NCBI RefSeq assembly: GCF_009914755.1
Contig: NC_060932.1
Direction: 5' to 3' (one strand)
Length of the DNA: 64,000 nt
Source: the human T2T-CHM13v2.0 reference genome, Homo sapiens
Below, in pieces: positions 43,158 through 59,793 of this stretch. The notes under the pieces were generated by a model. That model did no database searches. It was not told the origin of the DNA and saw only the letters and a list, made by a program, of their open reading frames with translations. The translations under genes were made by a program, and so were the position numbers. Within the stretch, counting starts at the first letter, position 1, and every line of letters starts with the position of its first letter.

Positions 43158-44749
43158 TCCACTATATCAAAAATAAAAGACATTTTCTTTGTCGGTTACT
43201 GCTATTATTTGAACATGATTGAGAAATCAAGGACTATTTTTTTCTGACATTCTTTAAAGGCTATGTCCCGTCCTCCTTCCCTTTATTCTCTCTTTTCTTC
43301 TCCCTTTCCCGTTGTCTCTCCTAACACTCCCCTTTTCCCACTTGGTTCAAGATTACTGAAACAAGATTGAACAGGAGCCACCTTTATCCCAGGACTACTA
43401 GAACAAAACATATTATAGCAAAAGCAACTTTCAGGACCTTGGGCAGCAGCACACATAAGACCCCTCCCCCAGCCACAACATTTTATTCTCTCAATAGCTG
43501 TGCCAAGCAGGATCTAGAATATTCTTTGTCAGTGAAGTAGAAGCTGTTGAAGTAACTTCTGCAATAGGACAGGTAGATTAGAACTCTGAGTTGGTATCCA
43601 ACTTTAACAGTTTTTTATTATTTTGTGCTTGTATTTTTCTTGCATCCTCTAGCCCTGACAATGTCACTACTTTTCCTTAGCAGCATATTTTAAGCTTGCT
43701 CAGGTATTATATTTATGTATTGATAAAATTGGTCATGTGAATGTCTCTGTTGAACAAGCTGTATTGAATCACTGCAAACCATTCATGATCCTCTATGTAC
43801 TTTGCTCCCTGGCTTATCTAACAAGAAAATACAGCTAAAAGGTAAACAGATACCTTTATATATTCTATATAAAGCAGTTACATTTCTCACCCTGACTAAT
43901 TTTAAAATGTAATATTTGCCATATTCAAAAATTACCTATGGAATATATTTGGAACTTTCTTTTCCTAGTGCACCTTTCAAACAAACATTGGCTTTTTAAT
44001 TTAAAATTTCAATCTAGGAACTGTTTATAAAACTTCTCCCATAGTTTTTGCTTAAATTTAAGTGAAATGCACCCCAGAGAAAGAGAGAAAGCACCCTTAA
44101 AATTACTAGTGTATAAGCTCAATGAGGGCAGAGGTCTTATTCTTCTTGTTCACCACTGTATCCCTAGAACTTCCAGGAAATTGAATGTTTAGAAAAACAA
44201 AACAAAACAAAAAACCCTTAAGTCAAGTAGAAAAGAGGCTCTAATTGTAGGAAATAAAGCAAGAAAACTCCTTCCAAGAGAAGTTCCTTCCCACTCAGAG
44301 GGAGGAAATTGAATTTCTCTGCCAATGATGTTAACACAGAGTTTTCATAGAGTGCAAACTCAGAGTAAAGAACAAAATAACTCTGTCCTCCACAAGTAGC
44401 ATTTGTGCTTCCCCTGACAAAGTGCTGCCTCAGACTTCAGAGAAGATATTACTTCTGCCCAGGGGATTGGAAACTGTCCTGGAGGGCAATGAAAGTTAAC
44501 TTGAGGCACTGTTCTTATTGATTCTCTTTCCAAATGCATTAAGAAATGTTTGGAATGACTTGCCTTGAGTAAAGGCACAAAAAAAGAATGTCTTTTGGGA
44601 GTTTCCCCCTGCCCCTATGCCTTGGGTTATAAAGACAATAAATATAGTAAAGTCAAGTTAAATAGACTCTGCTTCAATACAAATAATAATAATAATCATA
44701 ATAATCATGGCAAAACAATGGCAAGAGGAAAATAAGAATTATAATAACG

Positions 44750-45447
44750 GCTTTCCTATTTCTTTCTTTTGGAATGGGAATGTCTATCCTACGCCTGTCT
44801 CACCATTGTATTGTGGAAGTAGATAACCTTTCTGATTTCACAGGTTCAGAGGTGCAGGGAAATTTCCCTCAGGTTGAATCATACCTTGAGTCTCATACGT
44901 CTGATTCAGATGAGACTCCGGACTTTAGACTTTCGAGTTGGTGCTGAAATGAGTTAAGACTTTTGGGGCTATTGGAATGTGATGAATATATTTTGCATGT
45001 GAAAAGGACATACATTTTGAGGTTCAGGGGTGAAATGCTAAGGTCTGAATGTGCCTCCCAAAATTATATGTTGTTATTTAATCACCAATATGATAGTATT
45101 CAGAGATAGCACCTTTAGGGGATGGTTAAGTCATGAGGTCATGACTAATCCCTCAGGAATAGGATTAGTAACTTTATAAAGGAGGTTGAAGGAAGCACCC
45201 AGTTCCTTTTTATGACCTTCTGTCCCTTCCTCCATGTAAGGACATAGTGGTTGTTCCCTCCAGAGGGCACAGCAACAAGGTTTCCAAACATCTTTGGAAA
45301 CAAAGACAAGGCCTTCACCAGACACCAAACCTGCTGTCACCTTCATCTTGGACTTCCAGCTTCCAGAACCATTAGAAATAAATGTCTGTTCTTTGTACAT
45401 TACCCAGGCTCAGGTATTTTAATATAGCAGCAGGAACAGACAAAGAT
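44750..45447 (+). mobile_element. MaLR internal 3' fragment, polypurine tract and 3' LTR (MST/MLT1A-like; LTR from about 45036)
   Basis: GGAATGGGAATGTCTATCCT...GAGTTAAGACTTTTGGGGCTATTGG (internal), CAGGGGTGAAA, then TGCTAAGGTCTGAATG...GACAAAGATA. Confidence 0.82.
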
Positions 45448-45449
45448 AG

Positions 45450-47165
<1,716 letters not shown>

Positions 47166-50100
47166 GTATTTGTTAATTAAATGAATATTTTTAAAAGTTA
47201 TTAATAACCCTCTCCCAGATATCTTGCTTTAGAATCCCTTCGAGATAAATAACTACTACTTGGTATAAAGTATAAAATTTGGTATAAAGTATACAATTAG
47301 GTAGCTTCTAATAGGTATATATATTTTTTTACATCTTTTTTTTGTTGTTGTGTCTAAAGTCTAAGAACACAGGCGTATGTTGGTTTTATTTATTGCTAAG
47401 TCCTCAATACCTAAAAGATTCATCACTGGAACCATCTTAATACACATTCATTAAGCAAGTTAGCAGTAGATGTAAGTTTATCTGTTAGTCTTCTCTTTTG
47501 CTAACTGTGATTTTTAAAAAATTTGCTTAACTTTGCAGAGTCTTGGTTTCCTCATCAGCAAAATGGGCATATCCTTGCCTACCTCTTGGAGGTATGGTGG
47601 GGATTAAATGAGGTGGCATGTAGAAAGCATGTAGCAGAGTCCCTGGTACACAGTAAGCACTGAATTAGTGCTGATTCTCCTTTAACTCTCCATCAAAACC
47701 ATTCTAGCTATTTTAAAGGGCTCGTATCTCTTGTTAATTTATCCAGATTGAGGAGCACTCCTGAATTGGAGTCTGCCAAGTTATTTTTAAAATAGTAACT
47801 TACTTGCTTCAGGTAAAGTTCTCATGACATGAAATTTATTTTAATTTTCTTTCCCTGAAGTTAAAATGCTTCAGTAACCCTTAACATGTGAATATTTGGG
47901 AATCTAACATTTACCAACAAGGTATGGCATCTTTAAATCATGAAATATGCAGACACCTTTCATCGCTGATTTTGCAAGTACTGTTTACTTTACAGACTTC
48001 ATTGGTCCCCACAAAGTGTATGAAGAACATGGTGCTCCTTCACATATACATGAAGTCAGAGTTCTATGATTCTGTAGGTTCTGGCTTACAAAATACTTTC
48101 CATCCAGGACCATTTGAAGAATTGGGAGATGGAACAGAGAACCATCATTTATCAGGAACTTCCTCTGGAATGAGCCTGCTAATTTACACTTAATCTTTCA
48201 ATTAATCCTATGAAATTTAAATGATGCCTATTTTATAAAATTCAGGAAACTAAATGTTAAGCAGGTTAAGTGACCTAGCAGCATTCTAAAACACTAGAAG
48301 ATAAAATTGAAGAATTCATAATTAAAACATAAAAATATAAAGTAAAAGCACTTGAATAGAAAAAAATTAGTTATTAATCATAGTCTGTATTCCTCACATC
48401 AATAAAGACAGGAAATTTGTTTTTTCCCACACCTTTGCACAGACCTGTATGTCTCTTCTTTATTAACAAAAACATTTATCATGGCCCTACTGTGCCTGTG
48501 TTTGGGGGAGCACTATGCTGCTTACAAATGTCATAATGATTCCCTCCATTTGATACACTGCAGCAGAGACCCACCTAGGGCAGCTTTTGACTCAGGGCTC
48601 TACAAGTAACATAAATATTTTTAAAAGATGGTGACGATGGTGAAAAAATTTACCCCCGTCTTTCATCCTACTTTTCATTTCTCTTATTAATGAACTTCTT
48701 CTACCCCGACTCACTTCCATACTAGCCAGTAGAGATGGTTTGAGCTGAAGACCCCAGGTGAAAGATCTGTAGCCTGTAGCCTGTGGGGAGGGTGGATAGG
48801 GAGTGGCTTTTCTGTGCTGGGGCTGTTCACTCCCCCGCCCTCTGTCCTCCCTTCACACTCAGTCTCACTGATCTGAGGCTGTTTTCCCTACTGCTTGCCT
48901 TGAACATACAGCTGTTATTTATAGCCTTCTTTTATAGTTCACAAGGCCCTTTCCACATCCTAGCACATTCCATATGCACAAGCAGCCTGTGAAGTAGTTA
49001 TTATGAGCTGCATTGGGTAGATGAAAACATGGAGCCCCAGAAAGCTGATAATTTTGTCCAAGATCAATGGTTCACAAATGGACAGGCGGGACTTGAACTT
49101 GAGAGTATTGCTCTTTCTAACACACCATGGCCCTCTGATTATAGCTACCTTACAATCCACCTACGGCAGGCATCACAAACTCATCTAAATGACTGGTCTG
49201 GCCCCAGAAAGCAGGTGAGTTTTCAACACAGCCCTTTGTCTCTCTCTCTTCCTCTCCCTGACAAAAGTATAAGTTTCAAGCTACAGAAAATTTGAAGCTA
49301 AGAAAGATATTTTGAAGGAGCAATTATAGCCACTATACCTCCAGTTGGCCTCTTGGTTTTGAGAGTAGTTTCAAATTGATTGTCATGGGCTTTATTCAGG
49401 TCTTATTTTTCTGTTTCTTGCAAGAGAAAAGACGAGAAAACTCGTATGCAATAGACTGAATGGTAAGTCACGCAAGGAGATAGTTACAGGCTTTGGCTCT
49501 CCAGATCTATTCTATCCTCACCAGGGAGAGGATGAAAGGAAACTGCTAGAAGTAGGAAAGGGACCAAATTGAAGAGAAACTGCTCGGCATTCAGGACCAT
49601 TAAAGATACCAAGGGAAATTCTGATATCCTTGCCCTGGTAACCTTTGGGGAAAAAGAGTTTAGCTGATGAGATAATTATTCATGCTTGAGCTATTTTCCC
49701 CAGTACTAAATAATTAGTTCTAATGAGTTTTCCAAGGGAATATTTTTTTCAGCACTGAAGAAAACGAGGGATGGGTTCACAGAGAAAATCCGAGCAGAAG
49801 TTGAATAGAGGGTTATTGAAAGAACTGAAACTCAAGGAGCTTCAACTTCACATTCAGTCTGCCACTCAGAGACAGGCTGGCCTTTGGATAGGACCCCTCT
49901 GCCACCCAGCTTCATCAGGTCAAAGTGCCTCAGAGACACTGAAAGTGAAGAAAGACATACTTTATCTAACACATCCTCATTTCACCTGGCAACTTGGCCA
50001 CTAATTCACTGTTTGAACAATTAGCAGGAATAGCAACTGTGATGGAACCCATGGAAAAGATATTAGTTGAAGGAACAGATTGTAATGAATAATCCAGCCT

Positions 50101-51006
50101 TTGTCATCGCAGCCCTAGGGAGAACTGTGCACACTGGCTCTTGCTAATCCTGGAAATAATGATTTTTTATTCAATGATCTTACTTAAGAGAAAGCAAATT
50201 TTCCACAGAGCATTTTGAGTGGGGCTGATTGGGCTCAGCATTGCCTTTTGAAGCAAAATAGCTTATGAGGTCTCTGAGTCAGATGACTGGCAGATTTTGC
50301 ATAGGGCTTCTGTGTATGAAACAGAAGAGCCACTGGAAAGCCCTTTATGTGAGCCACACTGCTCAGTGGGTGAACGGCCAGGATTGTGTGTATCCCAATA
50401 TTACAGCTAGCACCAGTCACTGGGAGCTGGAGAAATGAGACCAGCAGCACTTATTAGACTGTCTGACGTCTTCAATTCAGCTCTTCATTTTTTATTTCAG
50501 TCCTTAATTAGTGAAAGTGTGTCCCTGGAGAAGGTATAAATCAGCCCCACAGATGAATGCAGCACAGAGGCATGGGAACACAAAGAAAGCAGACTGTGAC
50601 CGTGTTAGCATCAGAGGGAACATGGACCAGACTTACTCCCCTTGTACTTCCTTATAAGGGTATGGCTGACCTTGGTAATGACTGTGAGGTTTAGTTTAGT
50701 TCAGTTCAGCAAACATGGATTGAGCTCCATTATCTGCTGGGATCTGAGCCGGGATCTGGCAGTAATAGTATAAGAATAGATAAAGATAATAATGAGTTAG
50801 CACTTTCAACTTGCTGGACAAGACCAAGAACATTGAATGTGCTTCCTCATTTGATCCTTACAACAACCCTGGAAGAGACATCCTATTAACATCTGGGGAG
50901 ACTGAAGATTACAGCCACTAAGTGCTACCCATGTTTATATATCTCATAAAAAAGAGGGACCAGGATTCTATTCCAGATCTGATTTCTTAGCATTGTATGT
51001 AGTCCT

Positions 51007-51390
51007 TGTGGCAGATCACTCCTTGTTCACCAAAATCCATTTTTATATCTTCCTAAGCACATAACAAAACTACATTTCCCAGCATTTTTTTTTTTTTTTG
51101 CAACTACATATAGTGATATGTGCTTTCTTATGGGTGGATTATAAGTAGAAATGGGCTGTTCCACTAACCTCGAGGCTTTAAGGAAGATATATGCCTCCTC
51201 CAGGAATTTTTTCTGAGTCTATATGTTGAATACCAATGCAAAAGAGTACTAGGGGATAGTAGATGACAATATGAAAGGAACCTGGGCCCTTGAATCACTT
51301 CGTGATGGAAAAACACATATCAACCAGGAATACTCACTTTGGACTGTTATATAAACAAGAAAAAAAATGTTACTCTAATCAATACACTGC
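51007..51390 (+). mobile_element. Old MLT1 (I/J-like) LTR
   Basis: AAACTACATTTCCCAGC and AAAGGAACCTGGGCCCTTGAATCAC motifs. Confidence 0.6.
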
Positions 51391-53584
51391 CCAATGTAAA
51401 TTTAAATAAATCATAGCTTCTATCTTTTAGTCAAAGCTAGTGATCAGATGTTTTTATCTTTTGTATATTTTGACAACCAACATCTATTTTTTGGTTTTGT
51501 TCTCTTGGTTTTGTCTTGTTTTTACCTCAGAAATGGGAAATGAGATGCTTTCTCCCATCAAAGCCTTCAGTACCTGGAAGGTAAATTCAACAAATTTTAT
51601 AAAAGGAATATTTGAGGAAATAGCAATACTAATATTGGATAAGACAAAATAGAAATACGGTAGAAGAGCTATTATTTTCAAATGAACGGTTACCAAATGC
51701 AAGACACTTTAGCCTTAGTCTCTGTGTTCCTAAGGAGCAAAATTGGGACCAGTGGATAGAACATTTAAGAAGTCAGGCTATAGTTTATTTTGTGAAATAT
51801 ATATGTTCTATTTGGCAAAGTGCACAAAGGTAAAGAGGGTACCTTCAGAAGATAGTGAGTTCCTTATCATCAACTGTCTTGAAGACATAGTAAGATTGGA
51901 CACCATTTAGTACAAATACTGTGGAGCAAATGTGGGCAGTGAATGTGGACTTTCAGGGCAGCCAGGGTGTCCTTCAATCATCAGACCTTGTGATTCTAAG
52001 AACATTTGATTTTGTGAGTCTTAAAGTCATAGTCCACAATTCCATATTTCCACATCTCTAGGTATCCTTCTGATATAACTTTCGATGTGAATGCATTCCT
52101 CTGAAGACAAAGGAGAATATAATGGATAGATTCTCTTGGCTCAAGGACTGCTTTGGTTCAAATCCCAGCTCCTTTCTCTCTAGATGTGTACCTTGAACTA
52201 GTTGTTTTGTTTTTCTGTACTTCAGATTCCTCATCTGTAAATGCAGATAATAATATCTATCAGATTAGGTTTTTGTGAAGATTAAACTAGCTTTATGTTG
52301 AGCACTTTGAACCACCCATGACACATCATAAGTGCAGAATAATGTGAGCTATAATTATCATTGGTTAAGTGCCATTTATGCTAGATGTTTTCTTGTCTCA
52401 ACACTGGCCAGTCCATTGTTCTATTCTCCTACTCTGCACTAGAATAATAAACACAGATGCGTCCCTGTGCCCTGGAAACATTTCCTCATTCTAATAGGTA
52501 GGTATGTAACGTCAAAGTCAATGACCCTAAGGAATGACTGTTCAAATTTCAGGTAGTCATAGCAGGCTATGAGGAACCACTGTGAATTTGAAAGAAGCAT
52601 CTGAGACATTAAGATAATTAGGGATTTTAGGACTGTACATGTGTCCCTATCTCTGGTCCTCAGACTCCGCATCTATGAAATAGACCCTCTGGACTCCAGC
52701 ATTTCTCAGCTTCCCTCTGACTCTCCTTAAGCCGAGGTGCAGCCCTGTTCCTGATACAGCTGACACCATTACACGGACTTTGCCAAGTGTAAGGACTGAG
52801 GAAACGCTTGGCCATGGGGGCCCATTTTGTTAAATCAGATATGTGTCCTCTTTATTTGTATTGAAATGAAAACCTAGGGAATAGCATAATTGGTCAATAA
52901 GGAGAAGCTGTCAGAATGAGAGCAGAGCTAAAGAAGTTGCATGTCTCTGAAACATCTAGTTCACATCTTCAAGAGGTGTTTACACATTTCTTGAAAGAAG
53001 TTTCCCTACCCTAAGTAGCCCATCTTCCAAGGCTTTGAAGCAATACCTGCTTTTTTTTTTTTTTTTGCTTTATTCAGGATTTATTTAATAAACACCTGAA
53101 CCTATGTTATCATAAAGTTTTATTTCCTAGCAGACATTACAGTTTTATATTACATTTTCTTTTCTTTCACATTCTAGATTGCTGTTTCCCCCCTCAAATT
53201 CTCACTTCCCTCTCTTTCTCTCAGTCTTTCTTTCTCTTTCTTTCTTTCTCACTGAGTCAGAAGTCACAAGTTAGTCCTCCAGAATCCAGAAATAGACTTC
53301 AAGGCACTGTAGCTAAAATAGTCTGGAGCCACAGGATGAGTACGACAGACACTAAGAGTTAAGTTTAGGCATTAATCCCAAAGGTTCAGAGGAAGAGAAT
53401 AAAATAAAATTTAAAAAAAAAACTGACAATGAGAGGCGAGGAATATTAGGGACAGAAGTAAATAGAGGCCCTAGTAATTACTCTAACAGACACAGAGTTT
53501 CTGATATTCATTTTATTGGCCTCTAGATGCTTGAGTTTTGAGTGGGTCAGCACTGGTGATAATTCAAATGTTATGGATGATGTG

Positions 53585-54070
53585 CTATTTATTCATTCAT
53601 TCAACACATATTCAGCCAGCACCTATTAGGTCCTAAGGATATGATGGTGAGCAGAGGTATTATATCCCTGTCTCAATAGAGCTGATATTCTGGGAAGGGG
53701 ATGGCAACCAATGGGGGACAATGAAATAAAGTATTTATATGGAGATCAGGTCTCTGAAGGCAATAGAGGTTAAGATGACACAGACTGACTGGATTTAGGT
53801 TGGGGGTGTTCTAGATGGGTGGATCAGATGTGGAGACTTTTAAGCTGAGACCTCAAAGATGAGAGGAAACCAAAGCAGAGGTAAAAGCACTCTAGGGAGA
53901 GAAGGGCAAGTACGGGTCTTTGAGGCAGAAATAAATACACGTGTCACTCAAGAAGAGCCAGAAATGTGAGTGGATTGGAATGTGGTGAGGGATGAGGAGC
54001 TGGCACCAGTAAGAAACAGAGGGGATAGAGCAGTGCAATGTACACAAGGCTTGGCCAACTCTGGGAAAAC
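53585..54070 (-). mobile_element. L2 3' relic
   Basis: ATTCATTCATTCAACACATATT...AGCACCTA terminus followed by typical L2 antisense sequence (TTTAAGCTGAGACCT). Confidence 0.65.
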
Positions 54071-54674
54071 TTGTACTGAAGCATTCTATCTCATTTCTTT
54101 CTCTTTATATTATTTAGTTTTGCTCAAAGTGAAACTTTTGTATTTGACTTTTATTTACCTTTTATTTTCTTTCTCTCTCTCACTGCCTTTCTTTATATCT
54201 CCTTTCTTGGCAGAGGTTTGCACTAATTTCTTTCCCCCTCTATTCTACAAAATGAATAACTGTAAGTTATTCATCAGTTACAATGAGGACAATATCTGGA
54301 AGGCATTCCTCCACTTCCCCAGTGTTTGTGGATCTGACCTGTAACAGAAGCCCTGTTGCCCCTGCCTCCGACAGGGAATTCCTCTTTTCCACTAAGCCTG
54401 AAGTCTTACCTCTCCTCTAAGTCTCAGCTGAGTGATTGACTTCCCTTTACTGGGTATTGAAGTTAGTCATTCGTGACCTTTCCCATTGGGGTTCTGATTT
54501 CGCAAACATGCATTGGGCTCTTTAATGCATATTATCTCATCTATTGTTCACAATAGCCCTTTAAGGTCGGTATTATTTCCAGTTTTACAGAAGAGTAAAT
54601 GCCCAGATGATTGCTCAATATTACACAGGTAGTAAGCTGCAGAAATGGGTTATAAATGCAGGTGTTGTATAATA

Positions 54675-54754
54675 TTAGGTTGGTGCAAAAGTAATTGCTG
54701 TTTTTGTCATTACTTTTAATGGCAAAAACCACAATTACTTTTGCACAAACCTAA
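54675..54754. mobile_element. MADE1 (Hsmar1-derived 80-bp MITE)
   Basis: TTAGGTTGGTGCAAAAGTAATTGC...CAATTACTTTTGCACAAACCTAA; 80 bp, near-palindromic, TA at the left flank. Confidence 0.93.
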
Positions 54755-55129
54755 ATACCTTTGATGTTCTCTCTAGCTCACACTTAAATCTTATATTGCA
54801 TTTTAATATCTAACTTATTTATTTATTTATTTATTTTTGCCAGTCTACCCAGTTTGGCAGTCAATCTTGAGAGTGGATGCTGTGCTGTCTCTACCACTTT
54901 TCTTTCTTAGCACTGAGCCTTCCCCATGAATCCCTCTCTCCCTTTTTCTTGTATGCTTGGCTTTCCTGCAGCATTTAGTAAGGTGATGAGCTCTCTGAGA
55001 TCCTTGCAACTCACCAAGAAACATTAATTTCATCTTTCTCTGTGTTCCCTACATGCCTTCTACCTCCCCTATTACATCACTATAATCATTTATTCAGCTC
55101 TCTTTCTTTTCCAATTAGTCTTTAGCCCA

Positions 55130-56105
55130 TGTTGTTCAAGGATAGACAGTAGCTAGCCATGACTCTCAAGTAATTGTAACATGGCTGGTATGACTACACA
55201 ACTGGATTTTAATTTTATTAAAATTTCTTAAGTTTTTTTGTTAAATCGTAAGTCGCATATAAATTGCAACTGTGACTTGCCTACAGATATAAGAATTTAG
55301 AAAAAAATCAACAAAACATACTGTATGAATCAATCTACTATATAACATTTACAATGAAAAGTATTATATATTTTATTACTGTTTGTAAATTCCATCTACA
55401 CATTCTTTATATCAGTACAATTTGTGTGTGTATGTGTTTCTTTTTCAGAGAGCTAGATGTGAATATTAACCAGTACACCACTAGATATAGACTATAATAT
55501 CATGTGACTGAAAAATCAGAAGACCAAGGTTTTAGCTTTGCCAGTAACTAGTAGCATGAATAAGGAAAAGTTGCTTACTTTTTTTTGTCCACTTTGGCAA
55601 AACTACAAGTAGTAAAGCTCTTCCAACTGAAAATTTCTATTTATTGCATAAAGCTTATCTCAGTCCCAGTTTAAAGACAGGAGGTGAGAATATTAGGTTG
55701 AACAGATATAAAAGACTATCATCATGAATTTTGCTTACCTCCCTACATTCCATGTTAAGTTAAATTTAAAAACTGAAGCAGGGTATTTTCATTAGCCACA
55801 ACTTTATTATTTTTCTAAGAAAATGTTTCATTTTAACTGTTGCAAATTTAGCATTTGAATTGAAATGTACTGTAAGTATAAAATACATAGGGATTTCATA
55901 GACTTAGTAAGAAAAATAATGCAAAATATCTTAATTTGTTGTATTGATGACATGTTCAAATGTTAATATTTTGGAGATATTGAGCTAAATAAAATATATT
56001 ATGAAAATTGTTTTTAATTGTTTATATTATGTTTTTTAATGTGACTACTAGAAATTTCAAAAATTATATATATGGCTCTCCAGGTACTTATATTGAATGG
56101 TACTG
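55130..56105. mobile_element. hAT-Charlie (Charlie1/MER33-like) relic, boundaries approximate
   Basis: GAATTGAAATGTACTGTAAGTATAAAATACA...AAATAAAATATATTATGAAAATT...GTGACTACTAGAAATTT. Confidence 0.65.
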
Positions 56106-57075
56106 CTATTGACACTCCAAAGACAGGGACAATGTTTCATTTGTTTTTGTATGTCAAAACTCTATGGTGCCAGGTGCATAAGTGCTCACAATAAGTGGTA
56201 TGAATGAGTGAGTCAATTATTTGAATCACCTTTTAATATTTTGCATGCTGACTTGCACATAGAAGGCAGTCAATAAGCATTAGACTTTCAGTTGATCACT
56301 GATCTAGATTTAAAAATGTTATCCAAAGGAAAGCATTCTTTTTATCCCTTTCCTTTTGACACTATTTGGGACTTCCAGGTCTTTTGTCATTTTTTAGAAG
56401 GAATATAAATAAAAACTCAGAAAAATGAAAAGAAAAATAAGAGTCAAAATCATAAGTTGCTACAGTAGAAACTCAGAATTTTCTTTGCCCTTATTATTCA
56501 AGCAAAATATGAACTTTTGAGGAACTTACCATTTACCTTTATTACATGGTTCTAACATGCATTTTTTTTTCAAATTTTAATTTGTCTGATAATTAGGCTG
56601 CCTCTTACAAATAAGGAATACATTTAATATGGTAACAGTGATCATTTTACTTACTTTTATCCAGAAAAAAGCATTTATTAAATCAAAGTAGTTTCTTATG
56701 ATCATTGGCATCATAGAATCATAGAAATAAGGATAAGATCAACAGAATTCAAGATCAGTATGTTTGCATAAGCGTAGAATAATATTTTTGAGGTAGCAGA
56801 TTGTTCAAGTGAGTTGTTCTTTCAGGGATACTCTAGGATTTGTGTGTGATGAGCATTATATATGCATGTATATATGCATGTATATATGTAAGCTTAGTTT
56901 AGTGTGATCTAAAGTAGATCAATGAAAGGTAGGATGAAGACTTAAAAAGAGCTGGATAAGTTTAATTGGCACAGACTTGTTAGAAGGAGTGACTTGGTTG
57001 CTTTAGAAATCCTTTTGGTGTATTTCCAATGGACAAAGTTCAAACTGGAGCAAGCATCTTTAGAATCTGATTCTT

Positions 57076-57420
<345 letters not shown>

Positions 57421-57754
57421 CTACCTCAGACTCTATGTTTGAACATACCCTGTTATTTATAGTCTTCAAATGCATGTAAAGATTTCAAACTATTTTGTCT
57501 GGTCATATTCTCCCTGTCCTGGAAGAGCCTTTCCTTTGGTCAGGCTGTTAGAAAATTCTTTCTGTTGCTTGGAGAAAAAGTTCAAGCTTTGCTTCTTTTA
57601 TGAAGCCTTCTCTGAGATCTTGGATTAGACTCACCTGGAACATATGTCTATTATAGGTCATCTGTAAGTCACTTTTTTCACATCTATCTTACCAAAAAAC
57701 TTTGAGTTTCTTGAGAACAGGAGCTTTGCCTTTTTCAAATTGCTATCTCTAGAG

Positions 57755-57983
57755 CAATTGTTCCCAAACTGGCTTCACAGTAGAATCACCCAAAGATCTT
57801 AAAACAACCAATCAACAGACAAACATAAAAAAATAAAAATAAAAAATAAAACACAACAACAAAAAACTATGCCTGAAACCCACCTGAGACCAGGTAAACC
57901 AGAATTTGTAGAGGTAGGGCCGAGAAATCAATACTTTCAAGTACCCAGAGTGATTTCAATTGCAGCTGGATTAAGAAGCATTG
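57755..57983. mobile_element. MER5-like hAT MITE with expanded A-rich centre
   Basis: TTCCCAAACTGGCT...TAGAATCACC...TTAAGAAGCATTG. Confidence 0.6.
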
Positions 57984-59225
57984 GTCTATATGTATATTCA
58001 CTGAATTCATGCATATTCATTTATTTGAATTGGATTGAAGACTAACGGGAACTATAGTAAATTATAGTGGAAATTTAGAATAAAGCAAGCCATCTACACA
58101 TTACAACAAAAAGATTTCTTATTTGCACTAAGATAACTAAAATTCCAGATTTCTGAAATGCAATATTCTAAATATCACCTACATTATAAGCACTGAAATA
58201 ATAGAACTGAGAATATTTTCATCTGTGAAGTTAAGGCCTAAACATTTTGGTTTCTAAAACCCTTTTCAAGTCTAAACAAATAATATCAAATTCACAAAAC
58301 TTATGAGATAGAAAGGCTCTTAATGATTTTCCAGGTCTCTTATCTTACAGATGACTTCATAACTTCTTGTACAGAATGCTTCATGGTTTTCAAGGCACTT
58401 TCATGACAATCATTTTCAGAAAAACCCACTAGGTGGATTGATCACCCTGTTTAGCAGATAAGGAAACTAAGGTTTGCAAGAATTATGTGATGGACCAAAG
58501 AGCATACAGATAATTATGTCCTGTCTTCCATGTTATTTGTATGTCCAAGAGGAAAAAGAGAAAGCCAAGGAAGCTCTTGACATCTTTTAATAACAGAAAT
58601 ATGAGGGTGTCAATTTTTCATTTTCAGTGTGGATACAGTTGGAGAAGTGATGAGATTCATTATCAACACCTTGCCATATTTGTAACTTTCTTCTCTTCTT
58701 CAAAGTGTTCTCTTCCTTGTCCCTACTCCTCTCCCACTCCATTTATATCACCAAGATCTAATCATGACTTTCTTATTTCATTTTTCCTAGCTCTTATCAA
58801 AATACACTTATCAATACTTATACATGTACTTTGCAGGTGACACATGTACTTATTCTCCTGTGATACAACTCAGAGGAGCCATATAACAACTTTTGTAGAA
58901 GGTGTTATTATTTTTAGCACAATTTTATAGACAAGGAATCCAAGGCCTAAGGAAGTGAACTGACTTAAACACAATCAAACACTAGCTTCTCATAGAGCTG
59001 AAGCTCTAACTCATGTCCTCTGATCAGAAGTTCGAAGTTCTATCTTTTCTCTATTGTTCTATACTGTCTCAAGGAAGAGCGATAACTGAGAAGATACATA
59101 CTTGGCTTTGAGAAGATATTTTGGTCAAATACAAGTAGTGGAGCCAAATTGTAGGTCTCAGAAGATTTGTAGGATTACATGGGCCATTTAGACATGCATG
59201 TAAGTAGAATTATCATTTGGTCCTA

Positions 59226-59793
59226 TGTGATAAATTATTTTCTCATTTTCAAATATTCACTCCCCTCTCCTTGTAGAATGAAGGTATTTCCCACTCCACT
59301 GATATTGAGCCTGGCTGTTTGACTTGTTCTAGCCATTAGAATGTTAATCAACTTTTTACACGCCAGGTTTTGGTTTTAAATGTGACTATGCAGCTTTTTT
59401 TATCTTTATGCCTTTTGCCATGAGTGTGGCATGTACCAGATGTGGGCTGTTCCTTCACGTAGGACTCCAAAGTGCTAAGACATGTGGAGCATGAGCAAGC
59501 AGAATTGGAGCAGTTTACTGACACGTAATCTGATCCAAAAACAGAGAAGAAAAAGTTTGTTGCCAGGGATGTTGGCTCATGCCTATAATCCCACTTACTT
59601 AGGGTGGCAGAGATGGGAGAATAGCTTGAGACTAAGCATTCAAGGCCAGCCTGGGCAACATAGCAAGACTCCTATCTCAAAAAAACAAAACAAAACAAAA
59701 CAAAAACAAAAGAAACAAACAAAATGGCAAGTTTGTGGCTATAAGCCATTAAAATTTCAGGATTGTTGTTAAGCAGAAAAACTGACTTACACA
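59226..59793 (+). mobile_element. Old MLT1 LTR containing a FLAM/Alu left monomer (59562-59723)
   Basis: LTR end TAAGCCATTAAAATTTCAGGATTGTTGTTAAGCAGAAAAACTGACTTACACA. Monomer GGCTCATGCCTATAATCCCA...CCAGCCTGGGCAACATAGCAAGAC with a (CAAAA)n tail. Confidence 0.7.

Noticed and set aside
56856-56889. (TATATGCATGTA)n self-complementary mini-repeat
   Set aside because: It is short and typical of AT-rich slippage, with no sign of function.
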